Assembly: GCA_963719225.1 (NCBI GenBank)
Contig: CAVRAY010000001.1
Location: forward strand, 3,104,001-3,168,000
Direction: 5' to 3'
Length of the DNA: 64,000 nt
Source: Thermoanaerobaculia bacterium
GTDB lineage: Bacteria; Acidobacteriota; Thermoanaerobaculia; UBA5066
In this document: positions 19,284-28,224 of the stretch, one piece after another
Position numbering within the stretch: position 1 is the first letter of the stretch
Layout: the number at the start of each line of letters is the position of its first letter
Translations under genes and position numbers: made by a program
The notes under the pieces: generated by a model
Databases searched by the model: none
What the model was told of the DNA's origin: nothing
Seen by the model: the letters and a program-made list of their open reading frames with translations, nothing else

Positions 19284-20438
19284 GTGAAGTGGGAGAAGAG
19301 GGAGCTCGTCCTCCGGACGAATGCCACCGGGCAGCCGATGACCGCGCCGGTCTTCTGGTGCCACGGCCGCAATCCACGGCCCCTCGCGTACATCCAGGCG
19401 AACGTCCACGGGGCCGAGCTGCAGGGAAACGCGGCCATCCTCGCGCTCTTCGATCAACTCGAAAGGGAGCCTCCGCGCGGCAGCCTCATCCTCGTTCCCC
19501 GCGTGAACCCGGTGGCGGCGAACCAGCAGATCGGCGACTACGTGTCCGGCGTCTTCGATCTCGCGAGCGGCCTCAACTTCAACCGCGGCTACATCAACCT
19601 CACGGGGCCTTCGCGCGGCAGCTCCGCGTGCTACGTGGACGTGGACGCGTTCGCCGCGGTCCATCGCGACGCGACGCTCGCCGAGATCCGCGACGGCTTT
19701 CGCGAAGCGCTCAAGGCGGCGCTCGCGGCCGTGCGCGACTCCGTCGGCCCCTGGGGCATGGAGGCCCGCCTCGAGTTCGCCCTCGCGATCCAGGAAGTCG
19801 CGATCGAGGCCGACGTCGTCCTCGACCTTCACACGGGCGACCGGGCCCCGCGCTACGTCTACGCCCCCGAGGGTGCCACCGCGGCGACACGCGCCTTCGG
19901 GATTCCCTTCGTCCTGGAGGTGCCGCCCCGCTTCGCCGGCGCTCTGGACGAGGCCTCGTTCGTGCCGTGGAACGACCTCGCCGAAGCCTTTCGACGTCTC
20001 GATCGCACGGACGTCCGGAGGTTCGTGGACGGGTTCACGGTCGAGCTCGGCTCCATGAACGCGTTCTCGATGGCCCAGGGCGTCGAGGATGCCAAGCGCA
20101 TTACCTCGGTCCTGCGCTACTACGGCGTCCTCGACGGCGAGCCCGACGAGCCCGCGTACCGCATCGTCGCGTGCAGCGTGGCCGACTACAGGTCCGTCTA
20201 CGCGCCGGCCTCGGGGCTCGTGGACGCGACGCTCTCTCCGGGCACGCCCGTGAGGAAAGGCGACCTCCTCGCGCGCATGGTCGATCCCTCCCGCTGCGGA
20301 ATCCCGCCGCGCGCGCAGGATGCCGTCGTCGAGGTCCGCGCGCCGGACGACGGCGTCGTCCTCCTCTTCCACGCGTTCTCCTCGATCCCCAAGGGCGCGC
20401 GGCTGCTCTCGATGATGACGAACACGCGCCCGCTGTAG
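19284..20438 (+). CDS. Succinylglutamate desuccinylase/aspartoacylase family (M14-like) Zn hydrolase
   Basis: QANVHGAELQG, NFNR, VLDLHTG and TVELG motifs; biotinyl-like C-terminal hairpin; GTG start at 19284 is inferred. Confidence 0.85.
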   Translation: MKWEKRELVLRTNATGQPMTAPVFWCHGRNPRPLAYIQANVHGAELQGNAAILALFDQLEREPPRGSLILVPRVNPVAANQQIGDYVSGVFDLASGLNFNRGYINLTGPSRGSSACYVDVDAFAAVHRDATLAEIRDGFREALKAALAAVRDSVGPWGMEARLEFALAIQEVAIEADVVLDLHTGDRAPRYVYAPEGATAATRAFGIPFVLEVPPRFAGALDEASFVPWNDLAEAFRRLDRTDVRRFVDGFTVELGSMNAFSMAQGVEDAKRITSVLRYYGVLDGEPDEPAYRIVACSVADYRSVYAPASGLVDATLSPGTPVRKGDLLARMVDPSRCGIPPRAQDAVVEVRAPDDGVVLLFHAFSSIPKGARLLSMMTNTRPL

Positions 20439-20478
20439 CGTTGAGAAGAAGAATATTTCTAGAAAGAGAGGAGACCGG

Positions 20479-20568
20479 GATTTCTTAGAAGGTGACAAAA
20501 CAAGAGGCCCACGAGTAACCGCTGCGCCACGCCCCCAGCAGATGCCCCACTCACCCTTCTAAGAAATC
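20479..20568. repeat. Inverted-repeat element, copy 1 (REPIN/MITE-like)
   Basis: GATTTCTTAGAAGGTGA (20479-20495) ... CACTCACCCTTCTAAGAAATC (20548-20568), lying between convergent genes. Confidence 0.75.
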
Positions 20569-20583
20569 TCTTCTTCTATTCAT

Positions 20584-22380
20584 TCATCTCAAATAACCCA
20601 AACTTCTGAGGTTCTCGACGTATTCCTTCGGGTCGATCGCGAGCTCCGCGCTCGCGCGGCGCCGCCCCCACGACGCGACCGTCTCGCCGTCCGTCGCGCC
20701 CGGCGCGAGGAGGTCGCTTCGCACTTTTCCCGCGACCTCGCGCGAGGCGGGAACGCCCAGAACCGAGAGCACCGTCGGCGCGAGATCCACGGGCGCGAAC
20801 GTCTCTTCCGCGCCCCGCCTCGCGAGCGGTCCCTCGAAGAGCACGACGCCGCCGCTTTCGTGCCGTCCCGCGTCGAGGACGAGGACGAGGAGATCAGGTG
20901 CCGGCGCGAGGCCCGGCTCGAGCAGGAAGGCGCGCAGGTTCGCCGTCTCCTCCGTCAGAGCGGCGGCGAGCGCGACGCGGTCCGCGGCCCCGCGCTCGGG
21001 ATCGAGAAGAGCGGACGAGAGGATGTCGGGACCCGGGAGGTAGAGAAGCGCGAGGCGCGGGGCGTCCCGCCGCCACGCTTCGCGAAAAGCGGCCAGCGCG
21101 AACGCATCGAGGCCGCGCGCATCCGCCACGAGACGCTCGAGGGAGCCCGGCTCGGGCGCGATACGGGGCGCGAGCCGTGCCGCCCGCTCCGCGGCCTCGG
21201 CCGGCCAGCCTTCCCCCGCGAGCGACAAGCCCGCGCGCGCGGCGAAGAAGAGGTGATTTCCGAGGATCGTCCCCCCGTCCTCCCCGGCCGGGTACGTCGT
21301 CCACCAGTTCACCGTCAGAGACGGTATGCCGCCGCGGCTCGCGACCTCCCACAGGGAAGGCACGCGCCGCGCGCCGGCCGTGACGGACTCGCGCCGCGCC
21401 AGGTGCAGAGCCGGCAAGACGTCCTTCAGGTACCAGCCGGTGCCGGCGAGAGGGCGCACGGCTGATCTCACGCCCGAAATGCGCACGAGGTCGAGCGAGC
21501 CGATGCCGTGGCGCTTCACGTTTTCGCCGGTCGCGACCGTCGTCCAGAAGGCTGCCGGGTCGCGCGCCTCCTTCGCATACCGCGCGCGCGCTCCCCCTTC
21601 CATCGGAAGGTTTTCGGTCCAGCCGTCGACGCCTACCACGACGACGCGCCGCGCATTCCCCGCGACGACGAGCGGAGCGTCCCCGACCGCCGGAACGCGA
21701 AAGAAGAGCGCCGAAATGCCGACGAGGACGAGGGTCGCCCCCGCGAGGGCCCACGCGACGAACGTGCGGCGCGGCCGCGCCGCGAAGATCCGTCCGGAGG
21801 CCGCGAGCACCGTGAAGGCGAGACCCCGCGCCACGCGCACCGCGATGAGGACCGCGAACGCGACGGCGAGAAGCACCGCCGCGGCCGCGGGGACCCCCGC
21901 GCTCTCGAGCGCGGGACGCGCCGCGAGAACGCCCGCGACTCCGGCGACGACGCCGAACGCGACCGCGATCTCCGTGGAGCCCTCCTCCGCGTCTCCGCGG
22001 GCCCGCGCCCTCACGAGCGCCAGGAGCCCGAGCCCGAGGACGACGAGCGACGCGACGGCCGCCGCGCCCGCGAAGAGCCAGAGGAAGAGCACCGCGGCAT
22101 CCCGCAGAGGCAGCGCCGAGGACACGGCGAGGAGAACCGTCTGCGCCAGCGCCACGGCGGACGCGAGGAAAACCGCCCCGGTCGCGGCGCCGAGAAGGAA
22201 GGCCCGCGTCCGAGTGCGGGCCGCGAGCACGCCCTTGAGGACCGCTCCCTCGACGCCCCGGTCGAGGTATCCCCTCTCGCGGAGGCGCTCGCGTGCGGCG
22301 TCGAGCGAAAGCTCGACGCCGGGAGAGGAAGAGGAGGGACCTTTTGCTCCCTCTCGCGGGGGATCGTCTCGCTCTTCCAT
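20584..22380 (-). CDS. Membrane protein with a C-terminal alkaline phosphatase/phosphodiesterase-like domain
   Basis: About 5 N-terminal TM helices; VVVVGVDG, WTTVATG, VNWWTTYPA, VDLAPTVL..LG and LRSLGYL motifs. Confidence 0.75.
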   Translation of the reverse strand: MEERDDPPREGAKGPSSSSPGVELSLDAARERLRERGYLDRGVEGAVLKGVLAARTRTRAFLLGAATGAVFLASAVALAQTVLLAVSSALPLRDAAVLFLWLFAGAAAVASLVVLGLGLLALVRARARGDAEEGSTEIAVAFGVVAGVAGVLAARPALESAGVPAAAAVLLAVAFAVLIAVRVARGLAFTVLAASGRIFAARPRRTFVAWALAGATLVLVGISALFFRVPAVGDAPLVVAGNARRVVVVGVDGWTENLPMEGGARARYAKEARDPAAFWTTVATGENVKRHGIGSLDLVRISGVRSAVRPLAGTGWYLKDVLPALHLARRESVTAGARRVPSLWEVASRGGIPSLTVNWWTTYPAGEDGGTILGNHLFFAARAGLSLAGEGWPAEAAERAARLAPRIAPEPGSLERLVADARGLDAFALAAFREAWRRDAPRLALLYLPGPDILSSALLDPERGAADRVALAAALTEETANLRAFLLEPGLAPAPDLLVLVLDAGRHESGGVVLFEGPLARRGAEETFAPVDLAPTVLSVLGVPASREVAGKVRSDLLAPGATDGETVASWGRRRASAELAIDPKEYVENLRSLGYLR

Positions 22381-22406
22381 GCAGCCTGCGACCTTACCGC
22401 ACCGGT

Positions 22407-22502
22407 GGATTTTGCTTAGAAGGGGTGAGTGCGGCCGCGGCAAAACCGGCCGCCGCCGCGGTGATCGAGGGCACTCCGCTCATTCACCCTTCTAAGAAAT
22501 CC
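22407..22502. repeat. Inverted-repeat element, copy 2
   Basis: GGATTTTGCTTAGAAGGGGTGAGTG (22407-22431) ... CATTCACCCTTCTAAGAAATCC (22481-22502); arms match copy 1. Confidence 0.75.
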
Positions 22503-22539
22503 GAAAACGGCGTTTCCCGTTGCGCATTCGCCGGCGGAA

Positions 22540-23466
22540 TCAGCTCGTTCGGTCCCTCAACAGGAGGGCGAACTCTCTCAGCAGAATTCCCTTCTTTCCG
22601 AACATCTCGATGGACTCGACCGCATTGGCCGTCAGCTCCGCGACGAGCGAGCGGGCGCCTTCGGCGCCCACGTGCCGGACGAACGTGGGCGCGGGCGCGC
22701 GGCGCGCGCTCTTGCCGGACTCCGAAGCCGGAACCCCCTCGAGAAGGTCGTCCACGATCTGGAACGCGAGGCCGACGTTGCGCGCGTACGAGCGGACCGC
22801 CGCGAGCTCCTTCTCCCGCGCGCCGCCGAGCACGGCGCCGAACTCGGCGGACGCGACGAAAAGCGCGCCCGTCTTCCGCGCGTGAATCGTCTCGAGGCGG
22901 TCGAACGTGGCCGAGGCGGCGTCGGTCGCAAGGTCCAGGGCCTGGCCGGACGCGAGCCCGGCGAGACCCGAAGCGTCCGCGAGGCGCGAGACGAGATCGA
23001 GGGCCGCCGAGGAGGGAAGGCCTCCCCGCCGCGGATGAAGGCCGGCCTCGGCGATGAGCCCGAACGCGCGCGAAAGCAGGGTCACGGCCGCGAGGATCGT
23101 GCTCGCCTCGCCGTGGGTGACGTGCAACGCGGGCCTTCCGCGCCGGAGGGTGGCGTCGTCCATCGACGGCAGGTCGTCGAGGACGAGGGAAGCCGCGTGC
23201 ACCATCTCGACCGCGCAGCCCGCGTCGACGAGGCGCGGCCGAGCGGCTCCGAAGAGCTCGCCGGTGAGGACCACGAGCGCCGGCCTCACGCGCTTTCCCG
23301 GCGAGAGAAGCGCCTCCCGCACGGCGGAGGGAAGAGGGTCGCCGGAATCCCGCGACGGCTCCTCCGCCTCGAGCAGGGCGGGGAGGCGCGCGTCCACGGC
23401 GGCGCGCACCTCGCCCAGAAGACGCGTCAGCGCGGGAGACGCCGGAGGCGCGGCCACGTCGCTCAA
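22540..23466 (-). CDS. Polyprenyl synthetase (FPP/GGPP synthase, IspA/CrtE-like)
   Basis: GKRVRP, HAASLVLDDLPSMDDATLRRGRP, GQALD, KTGALF and FQIVDD motifs. Confidence 0.92.
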   Translation of the reverse strand: MSDVAAPPASPALTRLLGEVRAAVDARLPALLEAEEPSRDSGDPLPSAVREALLSPGKRVRPALVVLTGELFGAARPRLVDAGCAVEMVHAASLVLDDLPSMDDATLRRGRPALHVTHGEASTILAAVTLLSRAFGLIAEAGLHPRRGGLPSSAALDLVSRLADASGLAGLASGQALDLATDAASATFDRLETIHARKTGALFVASAEFGAVLGGAREKELAAVRSYARNVGLAFQIVDDLLEGVPASESGKSARRAPAPTFVRHVGAEGARSLVAELTANAVESIEMFGKKGILLREFALLLRDRTS

Positions 23467-23503
23467 CGAGCCGGGGACGCCCGCCGCGCCTCCGAAAGAC
23501 CCA

Positions 23504-23845
23504 TCAGAAGCTCGCGAGCGCGTCCTTCTCGTTCGAGAAGACGTCGAACACGGTGATGAGCTGCGTCACGGTGAGGACGTCGCTGATCTTGGGCGGGAGG
23601 TTCACGAGCTTCAGCTTGGCGCCCTTGTTCGTGGCCGTCGTGTAGCAGCCCACGAGCTCCCCGATGCCCGAGGAATCGATCGTCGAAACGTCCTTCATGT
23701 CGACGAGAAGCTTCATCGCGCCGCCCGTGATGGCGCCGTGGATCGCTTCCCTCATCTGCAGGTCGCCCGCACCGATCGTGATCTTGCCGTGCAGCTCGAC
23801 GATCTTGACGTCTCCGACGTCGCGCATGGTCACCGTGGTCTTCAT
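23504..23845 (-). CDS. STAS anti-anti-sigma factor (RsbV/SpoIIAA-like)
   Basis: 113 aa; IDSSGIGELV carries the phosphoacceptor Ser. Confidence 0.92.
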   Translation of the reverse strand: MKTTVTMRDVGDVKIVELHGKITIGAGDLQMREAIHGAITGGAMKLLVDMKDVSTIDSSGIGELVGCYTTATNKGAKLKLVNLPPKISDVLTVTQLITVFDVFSNEKDALASF

Positions 23846-24306
23846 CTCGTTTGCGCTCCCTTCTTGTGATCGGAATCGAAGTGCTTCGTCATCGTGAGTA
23901 TGGTGCCGCCCCGCTCGCCGCGCGAGAACGTCACGTCGTCCATGAAGGTCTTCATGTAGAAGATGCCTCGCCCCGAGGTCTTCATCTGGTTCTCCGGCGC
24001 GAGCGGATCGGCGACGGAGGTCGACTCGAATCCTTCGCCTTCGTCGCCGACGACGATCTCGAGGCTGTTCTCGGCGCCGCCGAGGGAGAGCATCACGCGC
24101 CGGCTGGGATCCTGCCGGTTTCCGTGCTTGATTGCATTCGCGAGCGCCTCACGCAGCGCGACGCCGATCCAGTGCTCGGCGTCGTTCTCGATGCCCCGCT
24201 GCCGGCACACGTACTCGAGCACCGCCTGGCCGAGCTCGAGGTTCTCGTACCGGCTGGAGAGCCAGAGGACGATGGGCCCCGGCGAAGCGGGGGACGATTC
24301 GGTCAT
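23842..24306 (-). CDS. Anti-sigma factor Ser kinase (RsbW/SpoIIAB-like, HATPase_c_2)
   Basis: EALANAIKHGN, DEGEGF and SGRGIFYM motifs; overlaps the STAS gene by ATGA. Confidence 0.9.
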   Translation of the reverse strand: MTESSPASPGPIVLWLSSRYENLELGQAVLEYVCRQRGIENDAEHWIGVALREALANAIKHGNRQDPSRRVMLSLGGAENSLEIVVGDEGEGFESTSVADPLAPENQMKTSGRGIFYMKTFMDDVTFSRGERGGTILTMTKHFDSDHKKGAQTR

Positions 24307-24383
24307 CGCGGATGAACGAGACGACGCGCTGCTAAGCTGGCCGCCTCGATGTTTCCCTCCACACTCTCCAAAAACGCGGGCGC

Positions 24384-25742
24384 ATGATACGCGAGCGCGG
24401 CGCGGGCCGTCCATCGATCCGGCGCCGTGGCGCAGGAGTCGTGGCCGCGGCCTTCGCGGCTCTCTTCGCGGCGACCGCGGGGGCCGGCCCCGTCACGGCC
24501 GAGCGCCCGCTCACCGAACGCCTTTCGGAGGCCGTGGCAAGTGCCCAGAAGGTCGTGGAGAAGGTCCGGGGGGTCCCGTTTCCGGGAAAAGTGGCGTCGG
24601 CCATCCTGCACGAGAAAGACCTCAAAAGGGTGCTCGGACAGAAGCTCGTGGAGGATCTGCCCGCGCCCTTTCCCCGCTATGCGGCCTCTCTCGCGGCCGT
24701 CGGCTTCTTCGACCCCGAGCCGCTCCTCGAGCAGAAGCTCACGAACCTTTATGCCCGCCAGGTCGCCGGCTTTTACGATCCCGCCGAGAAGAAGTTCTTC
24801 ATCGTCCCCGAGCGCACGGCCGAGACGGCGGCAGGAGCCGCTCCGGAGCTGGGCGTGTCGGCGGAAACACTCCTCGAGGACACACTTCTCGCTCACGAGC
24901 TGACGCACGCCTTGCAGGATCGCCGCCTCGACCTCGTGCCGAGGCTCAAGGCGCTCCACGACTCCTCCGACGGCCTGCTCGCGCTCGAGGCCTTCCTCGA
25001 GGGCGAGGCGACCGTCGTGATGATGGACGCGCTCCTCACGCGGCTGCCCGACGAGGCGAAGGACCTCGTCGGTCCGGAGACCCTCGCGACGATGATGTCC
25101 GGTCTCGCCGCGGGTGCCACGATCGAGGGCAGCGAGGGCGTGCCCCCTTTCTTCGTCAAGGAAATGCTCTTCCCGTACGTGGGCGGCACGGCCTGGATCC
25201 AGGCGAAGAAGAAGGCCGGCGGCTGGCCCGCCGTGGACGCCGCGTACGCGCGGCTGCCGCGCACGACGTCGGAGATCCTCCATCCCGACCGGGCCTCGAC
25301 CGGACGCGTCCTCCTCGATCCGGGCGACCGTCCTTCGGCGGCGAGCGCGCCGCCCGGGATGCGGCTCCTCTATGAGGACACCTTCGGAGAATGGATGCTC
25401 GGAGCGCTCCTGGAGCGGGCCGGAGCCGCGAACGCCGCCTCGCTCGCCGCCGAGTGGCAGGACGACCGCGTCGCCTTTTTCGAGCCGAAGGAGACGCTCG
25501 GGGAAGGGCCGCTTCCGGTCGGGTTCGTCTGGCGCCTGCGCGCCACCTCGCCGGCCGCCGCCAGGCGCATCGCCGCGGCGCTGGAGCGGCTCTACCAGCG
25601 GCCAGACGGACGGAGGGCCGCGAACGTGACCGTCCAGGCCGATCGGGTGGAAGTCGTGCGCGGGCGCATGGCGCCGGCCCGGTCCCCGAACCGGACTCTC
25701 AGTCCCCCGCCAGCAGCTTCAGCGCAGCCGGAAGGAAAATGA
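24384..25742 (+). CDS. Exported putative zinc metallopeptidase (gluzincin-like)
   Basis: Signal-like N-terminus; AGFYDP; AHELTHALQD plus downstream EGEA; FPY..G. Start codon uncertain. Confidence 0.7.
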   Translation: MIRERGAGRPSIRRRGAGVVAAAFAALFAATAGAGPVTAERPLTERLSEAVASAQKVVEKVRGVPFPGKVASAILHEKDLKRVLGQKLVEDLPAPFPRYAASLAAVGFFDPEPLLEQKLTNLYARQVAGFYDPAEKKFFIVPERTAETAAGAAPELGVSAETLLEDTLLAHELTHALQDRRLDLVPRLKALHDSSDGLLALEAFLEGEATVVMMDALLTRLPDEAKDLVGPETLATMMSGLAAGATIEGSEGVPPFFVKEMLFPYVGGTAWIQAKKKAGGWPAVDAAYARLPRTTSEILHPDRASTGRVLLDPGDRPSAASAPPGMRLLYEDTFGEWMLGALLERAGAANAASLAAEWQDDRVAFFEPKETLGEGPLPVGFVWRLRATSPAAARRIAAALERLYQRPDGRRAANVTVQADRVEVVRGRMAPARSPNRTLSPPPAASAQPEGK

Positions 25743-26481
25743 AGAGCTGAATCGCGTCGAACGTGCCGTGAGCGAAGATCGAAGCCACGGCGTTGCCGGT
25801 CTTCGCGAAGGCCGCGGCGAGGACCGTCGTGATCGCGAGCAGCCCAACGAAGAAGAACGGCTCGCCGTACCCGGCATGCGCGAGGAGGAAAAAGGCGGAA
25901 GCGGGGAGGGCACCCAGGCGGCGCTGCAGGAACGACCGAAAATGGAATTCCTCGAGCGTCATCGCCAGGAGGACGAGAAGGCCCCGCTGCGCGGCCGGAC
26001 GCGAGGCCAGCCAGCTCACGAGGGGCGGCACGGCGCGGTGCGGCTCGTAGTCGAAGACGCGGAAAAGAAGGGCCGCGCTGATTCCCACGACGATCGTGAG
26101 AGTCCAGCCGATGAGCCCGAGGGCGACGCCCGCGCCCGCTTCGGCGAGCGGACGCTTCGAATCGAGCCCGAGGAAGGAGGCCGGCGACGGTCTGCCGCTG
26201 AGGAGCCACCAGGCCAGGAGGAAGAGCGCGAGGAGCGCCTGCACGGCGAACACCTGCGAGAAGCGCAGAGACGAGACGTCGGGCGCCCGCCCCCCGGCGG
26301 CGGCGGGAAGGAGCGTCGTGGCGACGAGGACGAGGGCGAGGAGGAGGAGCGCGAGGCGCTTTCTCCACGGAGAGGAAAAAAGGTCGCGCCGGAAGGCACC
26401 CCTGCGGTCGGCCACGAAGACGATGGCGAAGATGAGCGGCAGGCCCGCGCCGAAGAGGAGAGATCTGTCGAGCGAGGTCAC
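25699..26481 (-). CDS. CPBP (Abi/CAAX) family intramembrane glutamic protease
   Basis: Multi-TM; LEEFHFR, F...H and H...D motifs. Confidence 0.85.
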   Translation of the reverse strand: MTSLDRSLLFGAGLPLIFAIVFVADRRGAFRRDLFSSPWRKRLALLLLALVLVATTLLPAAAGGRAPDVSSLRFSQVFAVQALLALFLLAWWLLSGRPSPASFLGLDSKRPLAEAGAGVALGLIGWTLTIVVGISAALLFRVFDYEPHRAVPPLVSWLASRPAAQRGLLVLLAMTLEEFHFRSFLQRRLGALPASAFFLLAHAGYGEPFFFVGLLAITTVLAAAFAKTGNAVASIFAHGTFDAIQLFIFLPAALKLLAGD

Positions 26482-26509
26482 GCGTGGGAGCCCGGAGGGC
26501 GGGAAGACT

Positions 26510-27838
26510 CTAGCAGACGGGCCGCATCACGACCGGGCGGGCCGCCGGCCGCCCGAGAAGGAAACCCTGGCCCCACGGGACGCCGAGGGCACGGAGGCTT
26601 TCCAGCTCGGCCCGCCTCTCGATGCCTTCTGCGATCAGCTCGGCGTCGATGCGCTCGCCCAAAGACGCGAGCGAGCCCACGATCTCGCGCTTGATCCGAT
26701 CCTTGTCGAGGCCCGAGACGAGCGTGTGGGCCACTTTCACGTACTCCGGCCTGAGCTGCACGATGGACTCGAGGCCGGAATAGCCCGAGCCCGCGTCGTC
26801 GATCGCGAATCCGAAGCCGGCCGCGCGCAGCCGGCCGACGACTTCGCGAAACGCCGGGTAATTGAAGACGACCTCTTTCTCGGAGAGCTCGAGCACGATG
26901 TCCCCGTGCACGCGGCCCATCTCGGCGAGGTTGCGGTCGTCCAGGAAAACCGAGTGCGTCAGCAGCCGCGCCGAGGCGTTCACGAACAGCCGTTTCTTGC
27001 GGGCGGCCCTGGGAAGCGACGAGAAGACCGTCTCTACGCACAGGCTCTCGAGCTCGAGGACGAGGTCCCCCTCGCGCGCGACCGCGAACAGCTCGTCGGG
27101 CATCTCGAGCTCGTGCCCCGCCGGCCCGCGGATGAGCGCCTCGTAGCCGAGGACCTCGCCCGACGTCACGCCGACGATGGGCTGGAAGACCGCGCGCAGC
27201 TTCTTCGCGGACAGGAGGGCCTTGAGCCGCTCGACGAACGATTTCTTCTCGCCGCTTTCGCGCGCGTCGGCGAGGCGTGCCGCCTCCGCGAGCGCGCGCA
27301 TGACCTGGCGGGAGGGCCGAACGCGCGGATCGTCCGGAACCACCAGCGCGGTCGCGTGGATGTGCATGAGGTCGACCGCGGACCGCCCGAGCGCCTGCTT
27401 CAGGCGGCGCCCGACGCCCTGCCGCAGGCGCGCGGCCTCCGCCTCGAGCGTGACGCCGTGCCTTCCGGGGGCACGCCGAGCCACGTCGAAAAGGAGGAAG
27501 ACGCCGTCCGAGCCGTTGAATGACATCGCGAGGAGCCCCGGGGCGAGAGGCGAGGCCGTGATGTCCTCGCGAAGGCTCGCCGCCGTCACGCGCAGGATCC
27601 GGTCGTAGAGCTCCCATCCGTAGAGGCTTTCGACGCCCGCGAAGCGCCCGAGCTGAATGTAGACGACGCCGAGATTCGCGACGCGCTCCCCCTTGAGATC
27701 GGCGAACGGGTGCAGGGTCAGGCCCGTGACGGCGTCGTGGAGCAGCGATTCCAGGCGCAGTTTCTCGATTTCGGGCACTTCGACCGACGCTCGCTCGGCG
27801 ACGAGCTTCAGGGAATCCCGGCGCGGCACTTTCGTCAT
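26510..27838 (-). CDS. EAL c-di-GMP phosphodiesterase with a degenerate GGDEF-like N-terminal domain
   Basis: FQPIV, YEALIRG, FVN, LELSE, IDDAGSG, EGIE and QG motifs; N-terminal HDAVTGL...YG, with GSDGV in place of GGDEF. Confidence 0.88.
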   Translation of the reverse strand: MTKVPRRDSLKLVAERASVEVPEIEKLRLESLLHDAVTGLTLHPFADLKGERVANLGVVYIQLGRFAGVESLYGWELYDRILRVTAASLREDITASPLAPGLLAMSFNGSDGVFLLFDVARRAPGRHGVTLEAEAARLRQGVGRRLKQALGRSAVDLMHIHATALVVPDDPRVRPSRQVMRALAEAARLADARESGEKKSFVERLKALLSAKKLRAVFQPIVGVTSGEVLGYEALIRGPAGHELEMPDELFAVAREGDLVLELESLCVETVFSSLPRAARKKRLFVNASARLLTHSVFLDDRNLAEMGRVHGDIVLELSEKEVVFNYPAFREVVGRLRAAGFGFAIDDAGSGYSGLESIVQLRPEYVKVAHTLVSGLDKDRIKREIVGSLASLGERIDAELIAEGIERRAELESLRALGVPWGQGFLLGRPAARPVVMRPVC

Positions 27839-28224
27839 GGCTCTCCTCTCGACGGCCGGGAAGCCGTCAGGGCGCGCACGCGCGCCCGCAGCTCCTCGGC
27901 CCGAAACGGTTTCGTCAGGTGATCGGTTCCGCCCACCTGCATCGCGGTGATCCGGTCGCGCACGTCCCCGCGCCCGGTCAGAAAGAGGATGGGCAGATCG
28001 CGCGTGATGGGCTGGCGGCGCACGATCTCGCACAGCTCCCAGCCGCTGAGACCGGGCATGCTGACGTCGAGAACGAGGAGAGCCGGCGGATCGTTGAGCA
28101 CGGCCCGGAGTGCGGCGGCGCCGTCCGTCGCGCCGTCCACGTCGAAACCGTCGAGCGACAGGACCGCCGCCACCGCCTCGACCATCGCCGGGTCGTCGTC
28201 GACGACGAAGACGCGTTCGCTCAC
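27835..28224 (-). CDS. Single-domain response regulator
   Basis: VVDDD, LDVSMPG, FLTG and KPF motifs. Confidence 0.93.
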   Translation of the reverse strand: MSERVFVVDDDPAMVEAVAAVLSLDGFDVDGATDGAAALRAVLNDPPALLVLDVSMPGLSGWELCEIVRRQPITRDLPILFLTGRGDVRDRITAMQVGGTDHLTKPFRAEELRARVRALTASRPSRGEP

